A stretch of 40,393 nucleotides of DNA, taken from a virus (lineage: Duplodnaviria; Caudoviricetes). Below, piece after piece: positions 26,771 to 34,931 of this stretch. The stretch lies in IMG/VR virus record IMGVR_UViG_3300048856_000120, positions 1-40,393 of that record. One strand, given 5' to 3'. The notes under the pieces are model-generated. The model did no database searches. It had not been told where the DNA came from and was given only the letters and a program-made list of their open reading frames with translations. Position 1 is the stretch's first letter, and each line of letters begins with the position of its first letter. The translations under genes and the position numbers were made by a program.

Positions 26771-27016
26771 ATGAAAATCACTTTCGACCCACCGAAGCAG
26801 CAGAAAAACCTCAACGAGCGGGGCTACGACTTTGCTGATCTCGATCTTGAGTTCTTCGCTGACTCGGTCGTAATCCCGGCCAAGGAAGGCCGTTACAAAG
26901 CCATTGGCCTGTTTCGTGGTCAAATCCTTGCAGTGATCTTCAAGCCGCTTGGCACCGAGGCGATTTCGGTCATTTCAATGCGTCGTGCCAGCAAGAAGGA
27001 AAGGACACTTTTATGA
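26771..27016 (+). CDS. brnT: BrnT family toxin (type II TA)
   Basis: MKITFDPPKQQKNLNERGYDF..RYKAIG..VISMRRASKKER. Confidence 0.93.
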   Translation: MKITFDPPKQQKNLNERGYDFADLDLEFFADSVVIPAKEGRYKAIGLFRGQILAVIFKPLGTEAISVISMRRASKKERTLL

Positions 27017-27315
27017 GCATCAAGTACACAAAGCCACTCTCCGATAAGGAGGAAGCCGAGATCCAGAAGCAGATCGCCGCTGATCCCGATGATAGCGACG
27101 CGACGGATGCAGAGATCGCCCAGGCCAAACCTTTCAAGGACGCCCTGCCTGAACTGTATGCCAGCATTCAGCGTACGCGCGGCCGGCCGAAGTCAGAGGC
27201 ACCGAAAGAGGCAGTAACCCTGCGGCTGGATCCTGCTACCCTTGAGCGGTTTAAGGCTACCGGTGAAAACTGGCGAGCCAAGATGAGCGAAGTGCTTGAC
27301 CACGCGAAGTTATAG
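27013..27315 (+). CDS. brnA: BrnA family antitoxin
   Basis: RGRPKSEAPKEAVTLRLDP..FKATGENWRAKM; ATGA overlap with brnT. Confidence 0.93.
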   Translation: MSIKYTKPLSDKEEAEIQKQIAADPDDSDATDAEIAQAKPFKDALPELYASIQRTRGRPKSEAPKEAVTLRLDPATLERFKATGENWRAKMSEVLDHAKL

Positions 27316-27337
27316 AAAAATCCCGCACTAAGCGGGA
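27316..27337. terminator. Hairpin terminator after brnA (U-tract on the minus strand)
   Basis: AAAAA-TCCCGC-actaa-GCGGGA. Confidence 0.6.
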
Positions 27338-27524
27338 CTGGTTGGCATCACCCGCAGAGCGGATGACGAGTGCAAAGACTTTCTTGGGCCATGCATCGTT
27401 GGACAGGACGGACGGCGCCTGCAACGAACCCCGCGATGCGCTCCGGTATTCACCATGCTACGGCATGCAGAATCTCACCGTGTCACCGTCTAACTGCTTG
27501 CAAAACTTAAATTTTTGTAATGCG

Positions 27525-27550
27525 GGAACGTAGGTCAACCTCGGGTGGTT
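27525..27550 (+). promoter_or_regulatory. EcfG/RpoE2-type promoter
   Basis: GGAAC-N18-GTT, 30 nt upstream of the 27581 start. Confidence 0.5.
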
Positions 27551-27580
27551 CTTCATTCGTCACTTCACCAGAGGTAGAAA

Positions 27581-27799
27581 ATGAAAAAGATATTCCTTGC
27601 TGCTGCTATCACAATCACATCCCTAGCTGGATTGAGTGCTCCGTCGCTCGCCGCCAGTACCACTGTTGTCGTCAAGCGTGTCGACCATCACCGTCCTATG
27701 GCACGAACGATGTACCGTCATCGCGACTGTTATGTTAAAACAGTCAAGCACCGCGACCATGGTAGGGTCGTAGTGCGTAAAACTCGAGTTTGCCGATAA
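27581..27799 (+). CDS. Small secreted basic protein with a Cys pair
   Basis: Signal peptide MKKIFLAAAITITSLAGLSAPSLA, C..C at the C-terminus, GAGG RBS. Confidence 0.75.
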   Translation: MKKIFLAAAITITSLAGLSAPSLAASTTVVVKRVDHHRPMARTMYRHRDCYVKTVKHRDHGRVVVRKTRVCR

Positions 27800-27809
27800 T
27801 CCATGTGTT

Positions 27810-27834
27810 GCCCCGGCACTTAAAACGCCGGGGC
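27810..27834. terminator. Hairpin between the secreted gene and the tRNA 3' end
   Basis: GCCCCGGC-acttaaaac-GCCGGGGC. Confidence 0.6.
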
Positions 27835-27838
27835 CATT

Positions 27839-27920
27839 TGGTTGCGGTAGGTCGGATTCGAACCGACGATCTTCTGGTTTGCTTATGAGCCCGACGAGAT
27901 GACCACTTCTCCACGCCGCA
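27839..27920 (-). tRNA. tRNA-fMet(CAT)-like gene, aberrant or pseudo
   Basis: TGCGGCGTGGAGAAGTGGTCATCTCGTCGGGCTCATAA[GCAAA]CCAGAAGATCGTCGGTTCGAATCCGACCTACCGCAACCA: intact D and T arms and CCA, but a 5-nt insertion after the anticodon loop. Confidence 0.75.
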
Positions 27921-27921
27921 T

Positions 27922-27946
27922 GGAACGAAATCACAAACTTGATGTT
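27922..27946 (+). promoter_or_regulatory. EcfG/RpoE2-type promoter
   Basis: GGAAC-N17-GTT, 31 nt upstream of the 27978 start. Confidence 0.65.
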
Positions 27947-27977
27947 TTCCAGATCAGAACCGACGGGAGGTGCTGAA

Positions 27978-28163
27978 ATGACTGACGACAAGTCCCAACA
28001 AGACAATCGCGATCGTTCGAAAGTCTCCGCTAGTGAAGACTACGAGGTCGAATATCTTATGAGTAAATTCGATATCAGTAAGAACCGTGCATTGGATCTC
28101 ATCGCGAAACACGGCGGAAATCGCAAAAAGATCGAGGACGAACTATCGGCGATTGACATCTGA
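27978..28163 (+). CDS. DUF3606-like small protein, copy 2
   Basis: MTDDKS..DRSKVSASEDYEVEYLMSKFDIS..LIAKHGGNRKKIE; GGGAGG RBS. Confidence 0.8.
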   Translation: MTDDKSQQDNRDRSKVSASEDYEVEYLMSKFDISKNRALDLIAKHGGNRKKIEDELSAIDI

Positions 28164-28382
28164 TTTTGGTGAATAGCTTTCCATGGAGGGAAGCGGTGAA
28201 GCTCGGAGGGGACCATAAACCTTCATCTGCCGCAAGCTATTGCTTGGGCTGGGTTTGACCGGCGAGTATTCCCTGTCCAAAGGTCCGCACTGAACATCAA
28301 ATCATCCTGCATGCGCGTATAAACTGATTTGCGTCCCACATGAAAGGATTATTTTCATGAAACTGGGGATAATTGCCTCTTA

Positions 28383-28952
28383 CTACGCAGGCTGCAGTTG
28401 TCTCGCATCAAACTCGACTGGAGTCATCCGGCCGAACAATTGCATCAAAGCCTTGATTTTGCCTGACTTGGTGACCTCTTCGACAATCCCGCAATGATGG
28501 GTGAAGGGGTTTCCCATGTCTACAACGATGACGCTTTGGCCTGACGGAAACTGACGAGCCGTGTTTTCCTTCTCCGTTGCCAGTTCTTCCTTCCGGTGGA
28601 TGCGAGCGGCTCTAGTATCGTCAAAGTCCATGTCGATTTCAGCCACGTAGATATCTTGGACGCTCTTGCCAGAAATGCGGATCGGACGGCCATCAACGCC
28701 GAGAATGCCTTCTACGCCATCGCAATTCCGGACCTGATAGAAATCCGGATTGCCGACGAACAGATACCGAGGCATTAGAGCCTCTTCCTTCACCACGTAG
28801 ACCTTCGTGCGCCGATGCTGAACTTCGACCCTGCGACGAGGGTAATACGTGTCGTAGCCGGCCTTGCGAATATTATCGAAAGCCTTCTCTTCGCCCTTCA
28901 CGGTAGTCCGCACCACATACCAGTGCTTGTCTTTGTCGATGCCGGATTTCAT
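28383..28952 (-). CDS. NusG/RfaH-family late antiterminator (Q position)
   Basis: WYVVRT..EEKA..LMPRYLFV NGN domain; C-terminal KOW domain ending LFGRMTPVEF. Confidence 0.88.
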   Translation of the reverse strand: MKSGIDKDKHWYVVRTTVKGEEKAFDNIRKAGYDTYYPRRRVEVQHRRTKVYVVKEEALMPRYLFVGNPDFYQVRNCDGVEGILGVDGRPIRISGKSVQDIYVAEIDMDFDDTRAARIHRKEELATEKENTARQFPSGQSVIVVDMGNPFTHHCGIVEEVTKSGKIKALMQLFGRMTPVEFDARQLQPA

Positions 28953-28994
28953 GTCCTGTCCTGTCCGTTGAAGGTGTGGGGCGCCGCTTCCCCG

Positions 28995-29306
28995 TCATGC
29001 TGCTTTGAGAATGATCGATCGCCGCTGATGGGGCTCTATCTCGACATAGCCACGGGCCTGGAGCCGGTGGAGCATGTAGAACGCCGCGGTGGATGAGCAG
29101 CCCAACGCCTCCGCGGCTTCCTTGTAAGTCGGGGGCACACCATGTTCCTGCTGGTAGGCCTTGAGAACGTCCAGCGCCTGCTGTTGACGATCGGTCAACC
29201 TCTTGGGCTTCGGATCGAACTGGCGGACGATCTCGCGAGCCAATGCCGGGCTTGCTGCAATCAGCCTTTTGGCCCGTTCCTGTATTTCATCGTTCTCAAA
29301 CATCAC
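28995..29306 (-). CDS. LexA-type winged-HTH DNA-binding protein without peptidase domain
   Basis: LTDRQQQALDVL..HGVPPTYKEAAEALG..LQARGY. Confidence 0.82.
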   Translation of the reverse strand: MMFENDEIQERAKRLIAASPALAREIVRQFDPKPKRLTDRQQQALDVLKAYQQEHGVPPTYKEAAEALGCSSTAAFYMLHRLQARGYVEIEPHQRRSIILKAA

Positions 29307-29314
29307 GCTTACTC

Positions 29315-29617
29315 CTACTGAATAACCACCTGCCCCGGCTTCACGCCGGCGCGGGCCATGATTTCCCGCATCTGTTTCCGATACCGAACTTCGTCACAGA
29401 GCTGCGCTGTTGACGGGCAATAGGCCTTGTTGACCTCCTTGACTTCGCCCTGTCGAAACCGCTCTACCGCTGCCAGCACGTCCACACATTCGAAGTCCTC
29501 GACCGCGTCGAGGTAGGCGCGAAGCTGAAGGTCAGGATCGGACATAGGCGATTGCGGGAAGCTCCCGAACAGTTTGGTCAATGACTTTGTCGCCTCGATC
29601 TTCTCCGAGTTGTTCAT
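29315..29617 (-). CDS. Replication-region protein (possible helicase loader)
   Basis: Start MNNSEK with AAGGA RBS; AYLDAV..AYCPSTAQL; overlaps the initiator gene. Confidence 0.6.
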   Translation of the reverse strand: MNNSEKIEATKSLTKLFGSFPQSPMSDPDLQLRAYLDAVEDFECVDVLAAVERFRQGEVKEVNKAYCPSTAQLCDEVRYRKQMREIMARAGVKPGQVVIQ

Positions 29618-30158
29618 TTTCCTTGAGCTCCTGAATGAGTGAACGTGCTGCATCTGTTGATTTCCGAAGGTGGACAAATCCATTCGGTTTTCGCGCGCTT
29701 GCGCCCTCTGAAAAACTGGTAGGTTTTTCTATGGGATTGGGTTCTGGGTTATGGGGGCTTTCGTTTCGCTTATCGTTTGGGTTTCCATTTTGAAAACCGT
29801 TCGCTTGATCTAAGCGATTGTTTATGTTGGCTTTGGGTCTGCCTCCACGTGCACCGTTGGCCGCATTCTTGTTGCGTTTTTCGCTCACATAATCCCATTC
29901 TTTTTTGAGGCGTTTCTGCGTGAGAAAATTACCGTCCACGGTAAGAAAGGGCATGAGCCGCTTCCGCATCTTGCGCCACGATTTGATGTCGAGACCGACG
30001 ATGCGCGCGATGTCGCGATCGTCATCCGGCACCGTTCCGTTGCGGCGCCACATGGCCATGAGCAGCAAGAAGTAAGCTCCATGCTCTTCGGTGCTGAGAT
30101 GCGTCGTGTCAGCCAGATAGGCATCTGGAAACACTGGCATTGCGGGAGCGGAACTCAT
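29532..30158 (-). CDS. DUF1376 (YdaU) family replication initiator
   Basis: MPVFPDAYLADTTHLSTEEHGAYFLLLMAMW..NGARGGRPK. Confidence 0.88.
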   Translation of the reverse strand: MSSAPAMPVFPDAYLADTTHLSTEEHGAYFLLLMAMWRRNGTVPDDDRDIARIVGLDIKSWRKMRKRLMPFLTVDGNFLTQKRLKKEWDYVSEKRNKNAANGARGGRPKANINNRLDQANGFQNGNPNDKRNESPHNPEPNPIEKPTSFSEGASARKPNGFVHLRKSTDAARSLIQELKENEQLGEDRGDKVIDQTVRELPAIAYVRS

Positions 30159-30358
30159 GCGGCACCTCGGACCCGCTCAGATGCAGCGGCATAATCAGAC
30201 ACAGCCTGTTTCAGGACGGCGAGCTCGCGCCATTTTGCCTCGATTTCGTGGTCGGGGCGCTTTCGCCTACCCTCTGAGAATTCCTGAAGCCAAGTTGCTT
30301 TGCCAATGACGAGCTTGTTCAGTTCCTCGGCCATCTCGTTGTTTGGAATGCGCTCCAT
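30155..30358 (-). CDS. Hypothetical protein
   Basis: Coupled by stop/start overlaps on both sides. Confidence 0.65.
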   Translation of the reverse strand: MERIPNNEMAEELNKLVIGKATWLQEFSEGRRKRPDHEIEAKWRELAVLKQAVSDYAAASERVRGAA

Positions 30359-30930
30359 CATACGGCCACTCCAAATTTACCGGCTTCTTTGCCCCATGCG
30401 GTCCAGCCCGGACGATTCGTGCGTGAAAAAAGATCGATACGATGAGCACGAGGCATCAATCGCTCTGCTTCGAAGTAGGCTTCCTCGGGCTTGCGGGAAT
30501 GCTCACGTGCCTTGCCGTGAATGACTGATCGGGTTGATTTCGTGAGCTTTGGTTCACCTCGTTTGGCAATGATGAAGGGCTCATGAGAACCTCGAAGGCC
30601 ATAGCCAGTGCCGAAGGAGACCTTGCCGTGCTTGGTCATCTTCACCCACACGCCCTCGGTGCAATATTCGAATCCCCATGCTTTAATCGTGGTGAGCTGC
30701 TGCGGGAGCATTGGAGCGGTGCACCAAAGCCAAAGCACGCAATTCGGTGCAGCAAGATCCATGACAGGCATAGCGTTGATTTCATCCAGCGCCATGGTGT
30801 CGTAGTGCGCCTGCGCGCTCTTGCCCTCGCCTTTCTCTGATCGAACGATAAACCTCCATGGCGGATCGGCCATGATGAAGTCAAAGCTATGTGGGTTGAT
30901 TCCTTTGAACGGCCAGTCAAACAGGTGCAT
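30358..30930 (-). CDS. MT-A70 family N6-adenine methyltransferase
   Basis: FIMADPPW, LWLW, WGFEY..WVK, GTGY, REHSRKP, DLFSR, WG. Confidence 0.92.
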   Translation of the reverse strand: MHLFDWPFKGINPHSFDFIMADPPWRFIVRSEKGEGKSAQAHYDTMALDEINAMPVMDLAAPNCVLWLWCTAPMLPQQLTTIKAWGFEYCTEGVWVKMTKHGKVSFGTGYGLRGSHEPFIIAKRGEPKLTKSTRSVIHGKAREHSRKPEEAYFEAERLMPRAHRIDLFSRTNRPGWTAWGKEAGKFGVAV

Positions 30931-31046
30931 CAAATCCCCCGAATGAAGAACAGAGGGACGATCATCCAAGCGAGGGCAACGAGTGCCAGGCACACGCCGA
31001 GGACGATGTTCAAAGGGCTGACGGTGTCATTGTGATTATCGTTCAT
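30930..31046 (-). CDS. 38-aa single-TM peptide (not in ORF track)
   Basis: MNDNHNDTVSPLNIVLGVCLALVALAWMIVPLFFIRGI; GGGAGAGG RBS; TGATG overlap with the MTase. Confidence 0.55.
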   Translation of the reverse strand: MNDNHNDTVSPLNIVLGVCLALVALAWMIVPLFFIRGI

Positions 31047-31120
31047 ACCGCCTCTCCCATTGATAAATGGCCGGCGAAGTGAAATTGTCCGTGCGGGGCA
31101 GATACGTCTGGGGGAAATCT

Positions 31121-31933
31121 ATGAGTTGGGGCTTTGAGCGCGGCCGTATTTACAATCGGCGCAAAGACATTCATGCGCCGTTTGGCGGCCAACAACAGGG
31201 TGGTATCATTACCCCTGCCAAGCACGCCTTGGTGATTATCATCACTGGCGAAGAAGGCGCCGAACATGGATACGCCGATCGCTGGCGTGTGGACGGTGCA
31301 TTTGAATACTTTGGTGAAGGTCAGGTTGGCGATATGTCGATGAGAGCCGGCAACAAACGAATTGCTCAACATTCGGTCGACGGCAAAAGCCTGCTTCTTT
31401 TCACCAAAACTAGGGCCGGGCTGCGATTTGAAGACGAGTTTGTCTACGAATCTCACCACATCGAACGTGCGCCAGATCGGGAAAAAAATCTTCGCGATGC
31501 GATAGTGTTCGAGTTGAGGCCGATTACCAGCGTTGTCGAGGTTGTTGCGGAAGAAGAACCTGCAGTCAGAGCTGCTGTCGATCTTGAAGAGCTTCGTAAA
31601 AAGGCAATGGCCGCTGCGAACGAAAGTCCTGGCAAAACGAAAACAACAACGACGGTATATGAACGAAGCCGGTACGTTCGAGACTATGTGGTGGCGCGGG
31701 CGAAAGGCAGCTGCGAGGGATGCAAAGGCCCTGCCCCGTTCTTGCGATCGAATGGGGTTCCGTACCTGGAGCCACATCACATTCGCAGGATGACAGATGG
31801 CGGCCCGGACGATCCGCGGCACGTGATAGCCCTCTGCCCCAATTGCCATAGGCGTGTTCATTCCGGAGCTGACGGCTCCGATTTCAATGTGAAGCTGGCA
31901 ACTGCCATGCTTGGGATTGAAAAGAAGGGCTGA
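31121..31933 (+). CDS. SRA-like domain plus HNH endonuclease (type IV, modification-dependent restriction-like)
   Basis: N-terminal FGGQQQGGI..YADRW..FEYFGEGQVGDM..GNKRI; C-terminal CEGC..YLEPHHI..ALCPNCHRRVH. Confidence 0.85.
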   Translation: MSWGFERGRIYNRRKDIHAPFGGQQQGGIITPAKHALVIIITGEEGAEHGYADRWRVDGAFEYFGEGQVGDMSMRAGNKRIAQHSVDGKSLLLFTKTRAGLRFEDEFVYESHHIERAPDREKNLRDAIVFELRPITSVVEVVAEEEPAVRAAVDLEELRKKAMAAANESPGKTKTTTTVYERSRYVRDYVVARAKGSCEGCKGPAPFLRSNGVPYLEPHHIRRMTDGGPDDPRHVIALCPNCHRRVHSGADGSDFNVKLATAMLGIEKKG

Positions 31934-32059
31934 TTCTTGTGGGGCGCGGCTGCTTATGCTGCCACCTAGCGCGAAGCCGTAACCCTGTTCGAACTCCTTA
32001 GTGAGAGCGAGCAGCGCCGACCAGCAGGCAGTCCGGATGCTTGTCATTTGTTGTCCGCC

Positions 32060-32482
32060 CTATGTTCTGGTTTCAGGTCTTTTCGGTGCTTTCTTCGCTT
32101 CACGAACCTTCGCCAAAAGCTGCGAAGCCTCGCGCTCAAAATCCTCCATATGAGCATCCGGATTCACCGACCTTTCGAGTTCTAATTCGTGCTTGAGATT
32201 TGAAATTTGCTGTTCGCAGAAATGGAGATACGCGGCCCTGATGCGCTGAAATGTGCCATCATCGACCGTCTTCGCGCGGCGCTTTCTGAGATGATTAAGC
32301 GTCCACTTGGAGAGTCGATAGCGGCGTCCCAAACGTTCCATTGCCGGGTACACATCGCCCCAGCCCTGGCTCTCGCCATCAACCATGCGGTTGACGTAAC
32401 TACTGGCAATTTCGGCCCTACTCACGACTTCCGGCTCCGATTTCAATTTGACAACGTGATGCTCGTTTTCTGACAACGTCAT
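32060..32482 (-). CDS. Hypothetical early DNA-binding-like protein
   Basis: 140 aa helical ORF in the cro operon. Confidence 0.65.
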   Translation of the reverse strand: MTLSENEHHVVKLKSEPEVVSRAEIASSYVNRMVDGESQGWGDVYPAMERLGRRYRLSKWTLNHLRKRRAKTVDDGTFQRIRAAYLHFCEQQISNLKHELELERSVNPDAHMEDFEREASQLLAKVREAKKAPKRPETRT

Positions 32483-32884
32483 GCTCGAATTCCCTGGCTA
32501 GGTTGGCTGCATGACGAAGCAGCCAACCGAACCCTTGGAGAGAGAGACGAGCAAAACAGAGCAGGCCCACGAAGGGGCGAACGACAGCAGCAACCACAGC
32601 GATGGGGATCACGGGGTTGATGACTGGTCGGAAAAACAGATTGGTTTTCTCGCTGAACGCGTTCTGTCCAGCGCAATCGAGGCGAGAAAAAAGACAGGGG
32701 AAGCCACGGCGTTGGCTTCCCCTGTCAGTTTTGCTCAAGCCAGCTTGGGAGGTCTTGAGGACGTGGCGAGCAAATCGATTCGAAGTGCCGTTCGCGCCGG
32801 AAACAGGCGCAACGGATGCACTCTGTTCGGGCACGACAATGAGAATTTCATGGCAGAACAGAAGACAAAGTGACGCGCGGTCCA

Positions 32885-33898
32885 TTAGGCGACCTCGCTC
32901 TCAACTGCCGTCAATCTTGTACAGGAATAGCAATGCTTGAGCCCCGACGCGCCACAGGCATCAGGCTTCTGACAGTGCGGACGGTAATCGCGGATCGTCT
33001 TTGCCGGCTGATCCTTGATCAGGAATGCCGGTGGATCAAATTGGGTGACGGCTTGCTCTTCTTTCGAACCCGTATGGATAACACCGCTCGCGCGGCCCTG
33101 ACCGACGATGGATGGGAGTCCATCGCTTTTTACGCTCGCGGGAGAAGAGCTTGGTATACTGCGCTGGCCGTCGGCAGCACTCAAGGTACGCGGGTCAGGG
33201 TTGGTCTGGCTGGACGACAACGGTTCAACGTCAGCGACGTTCGCCAGTCGGGATTGACCCTTCACTGCAAAGATTGCGTCATCGTCCATCTCGTTTGCCG
33301 TTTCCGGCGAATTGGTTGCGCCGACTTCCACGGCGCTGCTGGCGCGCAATGCGCTGCGGTCTACATCCTCGCCTCCTGCGTTGGCAGGGCTCGCGACCGT
33401 CATCGGATCGTTTATGCTCGCGCTGCTTTGGTCAGTCCCATCGGACGCCATGCCGAGGGAAGCTGTGATCTCGCCTATGTTAGGATCAGAGTTCTCTTCG
33501 CGGTCGATCATTATGTCGACGGCAGCGATCAGAACCTTGCGTCCGGTTTCGGTCTGCAAGCCAGCTGCGACAGTTTCAACGAGCTTGGCTTGTGCGTAGG
33601 AGTTGACCGGAAATTCTTCAATGTTTTCTCGTGTGCGCGCAGGCGCCGGCGCCCGACCGCCAGTCTCGTAGGCCGAAAGGTACATTTCGAAGATTGCTTC
33701 GCGCTCGCTGAGCGTGTCGCGGCCAAGCTTCTCAACTTTTCGGAGATGCGAAACGACGTTGCCGAGCACGGTCTTGTCGTAGCCCCTGCCCTTCGCCTCG
33801 GCGTAGACTTCGCGAATATCTTCGCCAAGCGTGTCCTGCTCTTCCTTCAAGCGGAGAATGCGATCGATGAACTGCTTGATCTCAACTTCGGCACTCAT
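32885..33898 (-). CDS. GapR/DUF2312 domain fused to a low-complexity linker and a C-terminal Cys cluster
   Basis: IKQFIDRILRLKEEQDTLGEDIREVYAEAKGRGYDK..YL; C-terminal RPHCQKPDACGASGLKHCYSC. Confidence 0.85.
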   Translation of the reverse strand: MSAEVEIKQFIDRILRLKEEQDTLGEDIREVYAEAKGRGYDKTVLGNVVSHLRKVEKLGRDTLSEREAIFEMYLSAYETGGRAPAPARTRENIEEFPVNSYAQAKLVETVAAGLQTETGRKVLIAAVDIMIDREENSDPNIGEITASLGMASDGTDQSSASINDPMTVASPANAGGEDVDRSALRASSAVEVGATNSPETANEMDDDAIFAVKGQSRLANVADVEPLSSSQTNPDPRTLSAADGQRSIPSSSPASVKSDGLPSIVGQGRASGVIHTGSKEEQAVTQFDPPAFLIKDQPAKTIRDYRPHCQKPDACGASGLKHCYSCTRLTAVESEVA

Positions 33899-34140
33899 GC
33901 TGCGACGTCCTCACCCAATGGAATGAAGTCTTTCTCGCTGAGTGGCACGCCGTGGAGCTTGGCATACGAAAGCAGTTTTGGAGCATGGTTGACCGGAATC
34001 AGCCCCCCAGTCCCTCCGTTATCTTTCGGTTGCGTCCATCGATACACACGTGTGCGGCTCGCGCCAGTTATGGATTGGACGACTGCTAGTCCGCCGAGAC
34101 GCGCAATGATACTGTTTGCAGGTTCGAGAGCTTGGGCCAT
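33895..34140 (-). CDS. cro: Cro-like repressor
   Basis: EPANSIIARLGG..SRTRVYRW..GGTGGLIP; divergent from cI. Confidence 0.82.
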   Translation of the reverse strand: MAQALEPANSIIARLGGLAVVQSITGASRTRVYRWTQPKDNGGTGGLIPVNHAPKLLSYAKLHGVPLSEKDFIPLGEDVAA

Positions 34141-34148
34141 GTACATAC

Positions 34149-34233
34149 TGTGCTATAATCGCACAATAAATGCAAGCACAACTATGCGATCTTCGCACAT
34201 GACGGCCGAAATCTCGTGTGCGAAAATCACATA
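34149..34233. promoter_or_regulatory. Right operator: three 17-bp palindromes
   Basis: TGTGCTATAATCGCACA (34149-34165), TATGCGATCTTCGCACA (34183-34199), TGTGCGAAAATCACATA (34217-34233); 34-bp period. Confidence 0.88.
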
Positions 34234-34919
34234 TGATTGAAGATCCTTATAAAATTTGGGTTGTTGAGAACCTAGCTCGCCCCGGCAAGACGCAAACCGG
34301 TTTGGCTGAAAGCCTCGGCTTGCACCCATCTGCAATAAACAAGGTGGTTAAGGGCAAGCGCCAGCTCAAATCACATGAAGTTGCGGCTGCGGCAGCATAC
34401 TTTGGCGTTGAAGCGCCTAAACCGGAAATTCGTATGTTAACCACTGGGCTAGTTCCAGTGCCATTGGTTGGCAAAACCGAAGCTGGCTCGTTTCGAGAGG
34501 TCGATCAGTTTGATCAATCTGAACAGGAATTTATTTCTCTTCCACCAGATGATCGATTTCCTGGTGCTCGACAGCTGGCATTCGATGTCGAGGGGGACTC
34601 GATGAACGCATTGAAACCCAGACCAATTTTCCCAGGCGATCGAGCTGTCGGTGTCGCTTATGAAGATGTTGCACACGAAGCAACTTTGCGCGACGGGATG
34701 GTGGTAGTTGTACAACGAACAAGAGATGGCGGACATACGCGAGAGTGGTCAATTAAACAGGTAGAAATTTACGAGGGTCGAACGGAATTTCATCCACGAT
34801 CTACAAATCCGAAACATAAGCCTATCGTAATAACCCGGGATATGCATGTGGACGAGGGAACGGCCGTTGAAATCATCATGCTCGTCCGGCGGATTGTAAA
34901 CGATTTACCGCTAATTTGA
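34233..34919 (+). CDS. cI: CI-like repressor (XRE HTH plus S24 peptidase)
   Basis: TQTGLAESLGLHPSAINKVVKGKRQLK HTH; EAG cleavage site, VEGDSM serine, IKQ lysine. Confidence 0.92.
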   Translation: MIEDPYKIWVVENLARPGKTQTGLAESLGLHPSAINKVVKGKRQLKSHEVAAAAAYFGVEAPKPEIRMLTTGLVPVPLVGKTEAGSFREVDQFDQSEQEFISLPPDDRFPGARQLAFDVEGDSMNALKPRPIFPGDRAVGVAYEDVAHEATLRDGMVVVVQRTRDGGHTREWSIKQVEIYEGRTEFHPRSTNPKHKPIVITRDMHVDEGTAVEIIMLVRRIVNDLPLI

Positions 34920-34931
34920 ATTGGAATTTTT

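Noticed and set aside
27339-27480. Possible second tRNA or ncRNA remnant ending in ACCA on the minus strand
   Set aside because: No cloverleaf or T-loop consensus could be built.
27839-27920. tRNA as the prophage attachment site
   Set aside because: It lies mid-genome in the late leader, far from xis, and no duplicated 3' end was noticed in the window.
32511-32873. 120-aa plus-strand ORF and competing minus-strand ORFs
   Set aside because: No convincing RBS or motif; I cannot tell which frame, if any, is real.
32870-34240. 456-aa plus-strand ORF
   Set aside because: Antisense to the GapR fusion and cro, and runs through the operators; no motif.
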